This document shows, piece by piece, positions 40,458-49,026 of a stretch of 64,000 nt of DNA. Positions within the stretch are counted from its first letter, which is position 1. Every line of letters starts with the position of its first letter. The stretch is from Longimicrobiales bacterium (GTDB taxonomy: Bacteria; Gemmatimonadota; Gemmatimonadetes; Longimicrobiales; Gaopeijiaceae), in assembly GCA_965248195.1 (NCBI GenBank), contig CBDFIQ010000002.1, positions 2,848,001 to 2,912,000 on the forward strand. Direction: 5' to 3'. Made by a program: the position numbers and the translations under genes. The notes beneath the pieces are model-generated. The model did no database searches and had not been told where the DNA came from. It saw nothing but the letters and a program-made list of their open reading frames with translations.

Positions 40458-41093
40458 CTACCCGGCCGCCGAGCGAGCTCCGCTCACGAGCTCTTCGAGA
40501 GTCCATTCCCCCTCGCCGACCACCCTCATATGGAGCGTCAGCGGCCCCCGCTCGTGACCGACTCTTTCAAACTCGATCGGAACCCGGCCATAGAGGTCTG
40601 CCAAAACGTTTTCGAGTTCAGGGGTGACCTCTTCGAAGGCGGCCTCCGTCGCCGGTACGGCAAGACGATCCGTAAAACGAAAGACCATCTCATGCGTCGC
40701 AAACCGCACGGGGTTGTCCCCGGCGGTATCCTGCTCGAGTGCGGCAGCGGCCTCGAGCACGCTCACGATCGCCTCCCGTAAACGCTCGGCCAGAGTCCCC
40801 GACCCCTCCCTCTTCAATTCGTACTCGAGCCCGATACGGCCACCCGCTTCGTCCGTGCGGAGGTGCCACTCATGAGCGATCAGAAGCACTCCGGGCCCCT
40901 CCGGGACATGCGTGTAATCGTGGACGTCGACGAGCGTCCCCGGGAGACGGTCCTCCTGAATCCAACGGTGAAACACCTCGATCACCCGAGCCCGGTCGAA
41001 AGCCTCCTGGTCCTCGACGAAGACCTTCACCCCCAACCTTTGGGGCTCTGAAAGGACCCGAGCGCCCACCTCTGGCGCCGCCTGAGCGCTCAT
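40458..41093 (-). CDS. Hypothetical protein coupled to sulfite reductase
   Basis: ATGA overlap with the sir stop; VFHRWIQ..LVDVHDYTHVPEGPGVLLIAHE. Confidence 0.7.
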   Translation of the reverse strand: MSAQAAPEVGARVLSEPQRLGVKVFVEDQEAFDRARVIEVFHRWIQEDRLPGTLVDVHDYTHVPEGPGVLLIAHEWHLRTDEAGGRIGLEYELKREGSGTLAERLREAIVSVLEAAAALEQDTAGDNPVRFATHEMVFRFTDRLAVPATEAAFEEVTPELENVLADLYGRVPIEFERVGHERGPLTLHMRVVGEGEWTLEELVSGARSAAG

Positions 41094-43375
41094 ACCGATA
41101 CCGTCTCGGCGGTCCGAACGTGGTACGAGTGGGCGGCCTCGATAAAGAGTTGGGCCTCTTCAATTCGCTGGCGAGCCCGCTCAGGCGTCGCGTCGAACCC
41201 ATTGCTGCCCTCGCCGTGCACGCGGAACAAATAGTTTCCGAACTTTCCTCCCGCGTAGGGATCGTGGAACAGGCCTGGGTCATAGAGATGGGTCTTGAAG
41301 GCGGCAACCACGTCGTCGGGATCTTCGCCGAGCCCCACCTCTTTCTCGCGCACCAGAGTTCTCGCCGCGATCAGCATCGCACGGTAGGCGATATCGGCTG
41401 CGCCCGTGGAATCCCCTTGATCCAGCCGATCCTGAGCGTCGAAGACCTCGCGCTCGCTGGCCTGAAGGCCGAACTCGACCGGCGAGACGATCTGGCCGGC
41501 ACACTCACCGATGCCCATGTCGCCCAGTGTGAACTCTCGCGGATCCCCCCAATTCGAGTAGAAGCTGCGGTCCTCCTCGTAGGTGGGCACTTCGACCAGA
41601 TCCTCTAGAAGGGTCCTGAGGCTGGGCTTACCCACACGGGTGACGAAGGCCTTGAAGCTCTCATCCCCCTCGCGCTCATCAACGTAATACTGGGTGATCC
41701 TGTCCGTGGCGGCCGGGATGTTCCGCCCCGGCACGGCGACAATGGCCAGACCATACGCTCCGGCGTTCTCGGCCCATTGGCCGCCCAGCACGATCTGGAA
41801 GTGCGGCACGTTGTATCCGTTGCGCTTTCGGCTCACGCCCCAGAAACCGATGTCCGCCATATGATGCTGCCCGCAACTGTTGAAGCACCCGCTGATCTTG
41901 ATGCGCAACCCCCGCACCACTTCATCCAACTCCCCGTTGCGCTCCTCCAAGTGCTCCATGAGCGTACGCGCCAGACCACGCGAGGATGCGATGCCGAGCT
42001 TGCACGTGTCCGTCCCGGGGCAAGCCGTGATGTCCGTGAGCGTCTCCGCCCGCGCCTCTGCGAGACCGAGCTCGTCCAGGGCGTCGTGTAGAGCGGCGAG
42101 GTCGCTCTCCCGCACCCAGCGAAAAGCCATGTTTTGCTCGACGGTCATTCGGACCGCGTCGCCGGTAAAACGCCTCGCCACGTCCGCGAGGCCCCGCATC
42201 TGATCGGCCGTGATATCACCGAGAGGCAGGTAGACCATGACCACCTTGTAACCCGGCTGCCTCTGCGGGGCCACGTTGGAAGCCAGCCACGCCGCCAACT
42301 GTGGACTCGGCGTGAGCTTGTTCGGCTCCTCGATTTGCCAGAGCGGCCCATCATGACCCTCGTGGACACCTGGAAGGAAGGCGGTCCACCGGGGATCTTC
42401 GGACAGCCCCGCGCGGTCCTCCAGGACGAGGCGCCGGAACTCCTCGATGCCGAGCTTCGCGACGAGGAACTTCAAGCGGGCGCGGGACCGAACATCTTTT
42501 TCCCCCAGACGAGCGAACACTCGAGAGATCGACTGACAGATCGGAAGCAGCTCCTCTTCGGGCAGAAACTCGTCGAACAGCTCCGCCTGGTGAGGAACGG
42601 CCCCCAGGCCTCCGCCGACATAGAACTCGAATCCACGCCGCTCTACCCCAGCCACCTCCCGAACTCGGGCGATTCCACCGAAGTCGTGCATCTTGACGAG
42701 TCCGCAGGGACGGTCGCCACATCCGGAAAAAGCGGGCTTCACCTTTCTTCCGAACTCCTGAGTATCCGGGTGTCCGAGAAGGAAATCGCTGACGGCGGTG
42801 GCGTAGGGGGTGACATCGAACGTCTGTGTCGTGCAGACTCCCGAGAGGTGGCAAGCGGTAACGTTTCTTACGACGTTGCCGCACGCCTCAAGGGTCGTGA
42901 TCCCCACAGCGCCCAGCCGCCGCATCAGATCCGGGGTTTCTTCGAGGTGCACGAAGTGCAACTGGATGTCTTGCCGCGTCGTTACGTGTAGGATCGCGTC
43001 CGCATACTCCTCGGAGACCTCCGCCAGCGCGTCCATCTGATCGGCACTGACCGAACCGAACGGATTCTTGATACGCACCATGCCCGGCGCATCCCACTGC
43101 GTACCCGGGCCCTTGGTGAGCTCGGCGTTCGGGAAGACCAGTTCCCTCGAGTTAAACCCATCGTGGCGCTGGCCGTTGTCGTACCGCTGGCCGTAAACGC
43201 CCCGGCGTAGGCGCATCTCCGCGAAGACCTCATCAGTCAGTTTTCCCTCGCGCTTCTGCTCTATCTGTCCCTCGAAGGCATCGATCTCACGCGAAAGCTT
43301 GTCGCCGACAAGCGATCCGAGCCTTCCCTTCCACTGCCGTGGCTCCGAGGTCTCAAGCTTACCGTTCGTAGTCAT
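41090..43375 (-). CDS. sir: Siroheme/4Fe-4S nitrite/sulfite reductase, probably assimilatory sulfite reductase, with C-terminal extension
   Basis: TTRQDIQLH, ACGNVVRN, CPGTDTC and SGCFNSCG siroheme/FeS ligands; Cys-rich leaders upstream favour sulfite as substrate. Confidence 0.85.
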   Translation of the reverse strand: MTTNGKLETSEPRQWKGRLGSLVGDKLSREIDAFEGQIEQKREGKLTDEVFAEMRLRRGVYGQRYDNGQRHDGFNSRELVFPNAELTKGPGTQWDAPGMVRIKNPFGSVSADQMDALAEVSEEYADAILHVTTRQDIQLHFVHLEETPDLMRRLGAVGITTLEACGNVVRNVTACHLSGVCTTQTFDVTPYATAVSDFLLGHPDTQEFGRKVKPAFSGCGDRPCGLVKMHDFGGIARVREVAGVERRGFEFYVGGGLGAVPHQAELFDEFLPEEELLPICQSISRVFARLGEKDVRSRARLKFLVAKLGIEEFRRLVLEDRAGLSEDPRWTAFLPGVHEGHDGPLWQIEEPNKLTPSPQLAAWLASNVAPQRQPGYKVVMVYLPLGDITADQMRGLADVARRFTGDAVRMTVEQNMAFRWVRESDLAALHDALDELGLAEARAETLTDITACPGTDTCKLGIASSRGLARTLMEHLEERNGELDEVVRGLRIKISGCFNSCGQHHMADIGFWGVSRKRNGYNVPHFQIVLGGQWAENAGAYGLAIVAVPGRNIPAATDRITQYYVDEREGDESFKAFVTRVGKPSLRTLLEDLVEVPTYEEDRSFYSNWGDPREFTLGDMGIGECAGQIVSPVEFGLQASEREVFDAQDRLDQGDSTGAADIAYRAMLIAARTLVREKEVGLGEDPDDVVAAFKTHLYDPGLFHDPYAGGKFGNYLFRVHGEGSNGFDATPERARQRIEEAQLFIEAAHSYHVRTAETVSV

Positions 43376-43470
43376 CGGGTTCCCTTTTCCACTCCCATTC
43401 TATTCAAGCATCCAAGTAGCTGGCGCTCCGCTATCGGTTTCAGCATGCTGTTTTCCATAGATTGTGACCC

Positions 43471-43502
43471 AAAAAAAGCCGCGACCCTCGAGGGGCCGCG
43501 GC
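43471..43502 (-). terminator. Intrinsic attenuator terminator downstream of the poly-Cys leader
   Basis: GCCGCGGCCC-CUCGA-GGGUCGCGGC followed by U7. Confidence 0.85.
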
Positions 43503-43526
43503 GTCCGCCTGAGTCTTCGCTTCTCG

Positions 43527-43610
43527 TCAACGACTCGTCGGAACGCGCCCCTCTCTAGGCGTGACCAGGCAACAACAACAGCAACAACACATGGCCGTCA
43601 GTGGAGTCAT
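43527..43610 (-). CDS. Poly-cysteine leader peptide MTPLTAMCCCCCCCLVTPREGRVPTSR
   Basis: Seven consecutive TGT/TGC codons (43569-43589), followed by antiterminator/terminator, upstream of sir. Confidence 0.85.
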   Translation of the reverse strand: MTPLTAMCCCCCCCLVTPREGRVPTSR

Positions 43611-43702
43611 TTCCCAAGCCTCGAGATTTTCAGGGAACCGCACGTTTCGTATACCTCGTCCTAAGTTTGGGAATTACATACCTGAGTGCCCAAACCGCCG
43701 TG

Positions 43703-43834
43703 TCACTTCTTGTCCGGCGGTGACCTGAGGATAGCCTTCGCGACGTTCTCCGGGGTGTCCGGTATCTTCCGTTGCTGCGTATTGATGTCGTAGTCGTGCT
43801 TCGGCGGCCTGCCGGGCTTCTTCTTGTCTGTCAT
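43703..43834 (-). CDS. 43-aa basic protein in the IS end (MTDKKKPGRPPKHDYDINTQQRKIPDTPENVAKAILRSPPDKK)
   Basis: Below the ORF-track cutoff; AAGGG upstream; AT-hook-like KPGRPPK. Confidence 0.5.
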   Translation of the reverse strand: MTDKKKPGRPPKHDYDINTQQRKIPDTPENVAKAILRSPPDKK

Positions 43835-43846
43835 GTCGTGGCCCTT

Positions 43847-44806
43847 CTATACGGCGTGAATGGTGGCGAATGGTGGTTTGTCCTTCAGCTTCCTCGTCAT
43901 AGACGCCAACGACGGAAGATGCGGCGTGCCCAGAATCTCCAGCCAACACCGCCGGTCTCCGTTCCTTGCACGAATCGGGCCTGCATAAAGCGCGAGTGGT
44001 CCGTTCAAATCCGCTACGATCATGTTGACTTCATCAGGCGTCCAGCCTGGCGAAGTCAGATCGTCTAGTGGCAACACGGTTTGTGTACGAATGTATTCCG
44101 CGAGCAAGTCCTGCACGATCCATATAGTGCGACCGCCCCAGCTATTCGCGGCCTCCGACTTGGCGACAAGTTGCGATGCCATACGCGCCCACACTTGCCG
44201 CGTATTGACGCCGGGAGAGCGAACGGCCTCATTGGCTGGCGTATGCGCGAATAGTACAGCCCTCTTGAACGCCGCCTGTATATCGGTGCCCATCTGCCTA
44301 TTCCCACCGGACGTAGAGCACGTCATGACTTCCACGATGATAGGTGCCGAATCGTCCTCCAAGCCTCGCAATACATAATCAAGACGGTAATTGAACGTCC
44401 CGCCACTTCCTTTCTCTCTTAACGAGATTTCCGACCACACAGACACTGGTTCGCCCGCTTGAAAACCCGCGAGGCGAAACACCCGCTTGGCTAGTTCGTG
44501 ATGTTTGGCCGAAATTCCCTGCGGTCCGAACGCGAATAGGCGGTGAGGGCAGATGGCCCAGACCTTGCCCCGTGCGAAGCGAACCGAGCAAATGCCGCAG
44601 GGCAGCCAGCCGCCCGTCTCCGTGCCCACGGAAGACGAAAATAGATGCCCAAGCGACTCATCCGATGACCGTACTCGCGCCATATCTCGATTTCCGCCAC
44701 CATCACAAACAGACTCGGTGAACGGACATCGGGCCTTCCGGCAAGCATCCCCGTCCATGCCGGACTCTTCGAGCGGCTGTCCATACAACTCTTCCACTAC
44801 AGGCAT
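43847..44806 (-). CDS. NotI-like type II restriction endonuclease
   Basis: CPF..C, GICSV and ICPHR Cys cluster resembling the NotI Fe-Cys4 site; LDYV and IVEVMT nuclease-type residues; overlaps the MTase stop. Confidence 0.7.
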   Translation of the reverse strand: MPVVEELYGQPLEESGMDGDACRKARCPFTESVCDGGGNRDMARVRSSDESLGHLFSSSVGTETGGWLPCGICSVRFARGKVWAICPHRLFAFGPQGISAKHHELAKRVFRLAGFQAGEPVSVWSEISLREKGSGGTFNYRLDYVLRGLEDDSAPIIVEVMTCSTSGGNRQMGTDIQAAFKRAVLFAHTPANEAVRSPGVNTRQVWARMASQLVAKSEAANSWGGRTIWIVQDLLAEYIRTQTVLPLDDLTSPGWTPDEVNMIVADLNGPLALYAGPIRARNGDRRCWLEILGTPHLPSLASMTRKLKDKPPFATIHAV

Positions 44807-45831
44807 AGTGTCTCCGCGACGGCCTTCGCCATTGGTGGCGGGACCGCGTTGGCTACTTGGCGATGCTGGTCAAGGTCACGCACGGAACCCGACCTACCAC
44901 GAATGGGGCCAGTAAAGACGTACGTATCAGGAAAGCCCTGTAGGCGCGCCGCCTCTCGGGGCGTGACGTACCTATCATCGGTCGGATGGTAGGGCGCTTC
45001 CCCGCAGCGCAGCGTAGGCGCGAACGACGAACGGTCGAGGCGGCGAAACTTCGTCGTGTCCTTACGTGTGAGCTTCTTGATAATGTCCGGTGGCGCATCA
45101 GGACACTTCGATAACCATAGCCCTTCCGGCACGAAGGATATGCGCTCCCTGTCTCTCGCTGGCGTTATGTCAATGTGGTTCGGCAGTGCCGGGTTTCCAT
45201 CTCGCAGCACGGGGTCTGGCATCTTGCTCAAGGCGTCGCCTACGGTCCGCCGAACCCCGTTTCCCAACGGGAAGTCGAACTGCACATCTTCACCGGGAAG
45301 GAACACAAGAAAAACGCGCTCACGGTTCTGGGGCAGACCATAGTGCAATGCGTTCAGAGTACGAACATGCATCTTGTAGCCAAGCTCTTGAAACTCCGAC
45401 GCGAGCATATGGACGGCCCGCTGTCCATCCGGCATCATCGCTCGCAAGAAATACGGAACCTGCTCTATCATGACGGCCCTGGGGCGGAAGACATCCGTAA
45501 ATCGCACCATGTCGAAAATCAGCATCCCTCGCGGGTCACTAACTCCGTTGCGCTTCCCGATCTGGCTGAACGGCTGGCATGGGGGACCGCCATGGAGAAG
45601 CCCTAGATCGCCTTTACTCATTCCGAGAAGGTCACGCATTCTGTCAGCATCAACCAACCGGACATCGACGTTCCAAACCGTCTTCTTGCGAGCGTTACGC
45701 CTGAGTGTGGTGGCGCAATGCGGATCAAAATCGATGGAGCAAACCGTTTTGAACCCAGCCTGATCCACACCAATGTCCATGCCGCCCGCCCCCGCGAATA
45801 AGCTCACTGCGCTTCCGCGATTCCGCATCAC
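44797..45831 (-). CDS. DNA cytosine-5 methyltransferase
   Basis: FAGAGG, GPPCQPFS, EQV (ENV variant), QNRERVF, REAARLQGFP, ANAVPP. Confidence 0.92.
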   Translation of the reverse strand: MMRNRGSAVSLFAGAGGMDIGVDQAGFKTVCSIDFDPHCATTLRRNARKKTVWNVDVRLVDADRMRDLLGMSKGDLGLLHGGPPCQPFSQIGKRNGVSDPRGMLIFDMVRFTDVFRPRAVMIEQVPYFLRAMMPDGQRAVHMLASEFQELGYKMHVRTLNALHYGLPQNRERVFLVFLPGEDVQFDFPLGNGVRRTVGDALSKMPDPVLRDGNPALPNHIDITPARDRERISFVPEGLWLSKCPDAPPDIIKKLTRKDTTKFRRLDRSSFAPTLRCGEAPYHPTDDRYVTPREAARLQGFPDTYVFTGPIRGRSGSVRDLDQHRQVANAVPPPMAKAVAETLCL

Positions 45832-46799
45832 GCGACCAGTTCCCGGTAGCGGAGCCGTCCGCCGACCAGCCCACGCGCCACCGCGCCCATCTGGTCCAGC
45901 GTGTCTAGCGGTCGGTCGTTGAAGCGTCCGGCGAACTCCGCGACATAACGGTCCAGATGCTTCGGGCTCATGTGGTGATAGGTGCCGTAGTAGCCGCGCT
46001 TGAGGAGCGCCCAGAACGATTCCACGCCGTTCGTGTGGGCTTGGCCGTTCACGTACTCCCTGACGCTGTGGCGTACCGTAGCGTGCTCGTAGTCGCGGGA
46101 GAGCCCACCGTAGCCGCCATGGTCGTCCGTGTAGACGGTGGACCCGGCCTCGGCGTGGTCGGCAACGAACCCCGTCAGCGTCTCACCGTCTACACGATCC
46201 ACCACGCGAGCGGCTACCTGCTTCGTCTCGCGATTCTTCGCGCCAGCCACGGCGGTCTTGCCAACCGGCCCACGGCCAGCCCGTAGCTTCTTGCTCCCGT
46301 GCTTGTTCCGCTCCTTGCCGCCTATGTACGTCTCATCGACCTCGACGGGACCGGAGAACGGGGCCGGGGCGGTGCGCCACGTCTGGCGGATCCGGTGCGC
46401 CAGATGCCAAGCGGTCTTCTGCGTCACACCCAGATCACGGTGCAGCTTCATGCTGCTGGCTCCCTTAATGCCGGTCGTGAGGATGTAGATCGCGACGGCC
46501 CACACCTGATAGCCGAGCTTCGTGTCTTCCATCGCCGTGCCGACCCGTACGCTAAACCGCTTGCGGCACGACCGGCAACGGTAGGGCATCGTCGGGTGCT
46601 TCGCGCCCATTTGCACGTTATCCGACGCGCAATGCGGGCAGACCGGAGAGCCGCCCCAGCGCTGTTCTGCGAACCACCCTTCGGCAGCTTCGTCGCTCGG
46701 GAATATCCGCATCAACTCCACCCATGACAGCCCTTCGCGCTCCGCCCGTCCGGGGCCGCCGTTGTACTTGCTGTTGCCGCTCATCTCTATGCTCCGCAA
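45828..46799 (-). CDS. IS1595-family (ISXO2-like DDE) transposase (start may be the ATG at 46784)
   Basis: Zn ribbon CPHC..CRSC, VEVDETYIGG, VYTDD, HTNGVESFW. Confidence 0.93.
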   Translation of the reverse strand: MRSIEMSGNSKYNGGPGRAEREGLSWVELMRIFPSDEAAEGWFAEQRWGGSPVCPHCASDNVQMGAKHPTMPYRCRSCRKRFSVRVGTAMEDTKLGYQVWAVAIYILTTGIKGASSMKLHRDLGVTQKTAWHLAHRIRQTWRTAPAPFSGPVEVDETYIGGKERNKHGSKKLRAGRGPVGKTAVAGAKNRETKQVAARVVDRVDGETLTGFVADHAEAGSTVYTDDHGGYGGLSRDYEHATVRHSVREYVNGQAHTNGVESFWALLKRGYYGTYHHMSPKHLDRYVAEFAGRFNDRPLDTLDQMGAVARGLVGGRLRYRELVA

Positions 46800-46921
46800 T
46801 GTGTTATCCTATATTGGTAATATAGTACCCATCACGGAGGGTCGCAAGGGGTTTGGGTACTCAGGTATGTAATCCCCCTAAGTTTCGGGTCTTTCCATTC
46901 CCGGTCTCACCCGGTTCGAAC

Positions 46922-46951
46922 AAAAAAGGCCCTCGGGAAAACCCGGCGGCC
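46922..46951 (-). terminator. Second intrinsic terminator after the upstream Cys leader
   Basis: GGCC-GC-CGGG-UUUU-CCCG-AG-GGCC followed by U6. Confidence 0.7.
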
Positions 46952-46975
46952 TCTTGAACTGGAATCCAAACCCAC

Positions 46976-47003
46976 AAAAAAGCCACCGAATGTCTCCGGT
47001 GGC
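46976..47003 (-). terminator. Intrinsic attenuator terminator after the upstream Cys leader
   Basis: GCCACCGGA-GACA-UUCGGUGGC followed by U6. Confidence 0.8.
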
Positions 47004-47031
47004 GTTTCAGGGAACCTCGTCGCGTGTATGC

Positions 47032-47127
47032 CTATACGACGTCTCCCCGATACCCCACCGGGCTCGGACAAGAACATCGGCAACAACAACTCTCGAGCAT
47101 CATGACCCGCATCCTTTTACAACACAT
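47032..47127 (-). CDS. Cys-rich leader peptide (MCCKRMRV)MMLESCCCRCSCPSPVGYRGDVV; start at 47127, 47112 or 47103
   Basis: Five Cys in seven codons (47068-47088), followed by antiterminator/terminator. Confidence 0.75.
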   Translation of the reverse strand: MCCKRMRVMMLESCCCRCSCPSPVGYRGDVV

Positions 47128-47157
47128 CCGCTTTCTCACACATCCTTCTTAGAAACA

Positions 47158-47185
47158 ACGCTAACCGCCCGAAGTCCCCTGTCAA
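47158..47185 (-). promoter_or_regulatory. Sigma70-type promoter for the Cys leader
   Basis: TTGACA-N16-TAGCGT. Confidence 0.55.
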
Positions 47186-47233
47186 GAGATGAGCGAGCCG
47201 GGCAACCGCCTAATGGGCCACGGTGCCGTCGGG

Positions 47234-47274
47234 TTCCAGACCCTCGATCCGGCATTCCAGACCCTCGATGCGGC
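47234..47274. repeat. Near-perfect 21-bp tandem duplication
   Basis: ttccagaccctcgatccggca followed by ttccagaccctcgatgcggc. Confidence 0.75.
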
Positions 47275-47531
47275 CCGGGGTGCGCCCCTTGCTTGTGCAG
47301 AGCTTCTCTAGCGACTCGCGCATCTTCCACCCATAATTGCGCCACGGCAGCGCCGAGGGCGGACCGCCACGGAGGTAGACCACGGTGTTCAGGGGGGGTG
47401 TGTTGACGATCTTCGGCCCGATTCGTGTAAGCGGCTATGCATCCGGAGTCGGACCCTGTCGCTGTACCACGCCCCCTGGAGCGGCCGCCTCGTGTTTACC
47501 CACGACGCCGCACGGGGGGATCGGCTAAGGC

Positions 47532-48950
47532 ATGTCCAACGCGGCCCGGACATCAGGAAAACCGTTCGACCGCTCGATCGTCGAGGGCCCGATCCCGAGT
47601 GTGGTGTGGAAAATCGCCTGGCCGACGATGCTTCAGAACGTGTTGGGCGGAGTCCAGGGCATCGTGGACCACGCCATGGTAGGACACTTCGTTGGCTACA
47701 CCGGGAACGCCGCCATCGGAGTCGCATGGCAAATCTTCCTCGTGGTGATCGTGTTCATCAGCTCTGTCTTCACCGGTATGGGGGTGCTGGTCGCGCGCTT
47801 CGTGGGGGCTCGGGAGCCGGACAAGGTGAACCGGACCGTCTATCAGGCGTTCCTCACCGCCGCCGTCATGTCCATCGCGATCCTGGCGCCGCTGGGATAC
47901 GTCCTGTCGCCATCGCTTCTCGGACTGGTTAACGCCGCCCCCGAGGTGCAAGCGGAGGCCCTCCAGTACCTCCGCATCATGTTCATGTTCAGCTTCGGCA
48001 TGATCGTCTACTTCATGATCGGAGGGGCCCTCAGATCCGCGGGGGACGCACGCACGCCGCTCCGTCTCGGCATCATGCTCACCGCGCTCAACATCACGCT
48101 GAACGTCATTCTCATTCCGGGGTTGGGACCGATCCCGGCATTTGGGACCACCGGCGCGGCCATGGGCACCGTCATCGCGGGAGCCCTGATGGCGGTGGTC
48201 TACGTCTACTTTCTTTTTTCCGGAAAATGGGTCGTGGCCTTTCGCCGCGGCATGAACTGGAGGCCGGACTTCGGGATCATCCGGGAGCTGTTCCGCTTCG
48301 GGCTTCCGACAGGCCTGCAAGGCGTGGCGATGAACGCCGGAGGAGTCATGCTCCTCGCATACATCGGGTCTCTACCCCAGAGCGGTGAAGCCCAGGCCGC
48401 CTACGTGATCAGCTATACCCAACTCTTTTCGCTGATCACCTGGACATCGGCGGGCCTATTGGGTGCAACTGCCGCGGTCTCCGGACAGAACCTGGGTGCC
48501 GGACGACCGGAACGCACGATCGAGGCGGTTCACGTGGCCTCGTGGATCGGGCTGGGGGTGGCCGTGACCGTTGGCGTGCTCTTCCTCACGATACCGCGCG
48601 TCCTCTTGGGGTTCTTTGGAGTGGAAGATCCGCTTGTCACCCAAATGGCCGTCCGTCTGCTCTCATTCTTGAGCGTGTCAGGCCTTTTCATTACCGTCGC
48701 GCTCGCCTACACCGGCGGGCTCCAGGGAACGGGGGATACGCGGAGTCCATTTTACATCTCACTGGTCTCGCAGCTCATCATCCCGATCGGCATCTGCGCC
48801 ATCCTTCAGGCAACCGGGAATCTCCAGGCAACCTACATATGGCTTGCCATCCTGATCGGGCACATGACCCGATGCGCCCTCAGCGTCATCCGTTTCCGGC
48901 AGGGCAAGTGGCGTGACATCAAAGTGAGCATCGAGCCGGTGCGGTCGTAG
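47532..48950 (+). CDS. MATE-family efflux transporter
   Basis: IAWPTMLQN, DHAMVG, LRSAGDARTPL, LQGTGDTRSP; about 12 TM helices. Confidence 0.9.
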   Translation: MSNAARTSGKPFDRSIVEGPIPSVVWKIAWPTMLQNVLGGVQGIVDHAMVGHFVGYTGNAAIGVAWQIFLVVIVFISSVFTGMGVLVARFVGAREPDKVNRTVYQAFLTAAVMSIAILAPLGYVLSPSLLGLVNAAPEVQAEALQYLRIMFMFSFGMIVYFMIGGALRSAGDARTPLRLGIMLTALNITLNVILIPGLGPIPAFGTTGAAMGTVIAGALMAVVYVYFLFSGKWVVAFRRGMNWRPDFGIIRELFRFGLPTGLQGVAMNAGGVMLLAYIGSLPQSGEAQAAYVISYTQLFSLITWTSAGLLGATAAVSGQNLGAGRPERTIEAVHVASWIGLGVAVTVGVLFLTIPRVLLGFFGVEDPLVTQMAVRLLSFLSVSGLFITVALAYTGGLQGTGDTRSPFYISLVSQLIIPIGICAILQATGNLQATYIWLAILIGHMTRCALSVIRFRQGKWRDIKVSIEPVRS

Positions 48951-48968
48951 GAACCGGTGCGGTCGTAG
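48933..48968 (+). repeat. 18-bp tandem duplication of the MATE 3' end including its stop codon
   Basis: gagccggtgcggtcgtag followed by gaaccggtgcggtcgtag. Confidence 0.75.
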
Positions 48969-49026
48969 GAAAAGGACGCGCCCCGGGGAGACCGCGGTCA
49001 GAAAGAACAGAGGGCGGGTACGGCCG

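Larger units (their letters stand above)
43669..46877 (-). mobile_element. IS1595-family element carrying passenger genes (3209 bp)
   Basis: 28-bp TIRs, 26/28 identical (43669-43696 and 46850-46877); 8-bp TSD CTAAGTTT at 43661-43668 and 46878-46885. Confidence 0.92.

Noticed and set aside
43464..43664. Plus-strand 66-aa ORF with a Thr run, or a (CAA)n microsatellite
   Set aside because: It is the antisense shadow of the poly-Cys leader; mixed TGT/TGC codons and the terminator orientation favour the minus strand
43376..43668. SAM riboswitch or T-box upstream of sir
   Set aside because: No recognisable SAM-I or T-box consensus; the leader peptide explains the structure
47234..48968. Short direct repeats as a CRISPR array or att sites
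   Set aside because: Two adjacent copies only, no spacers, and no cas or integrase genes
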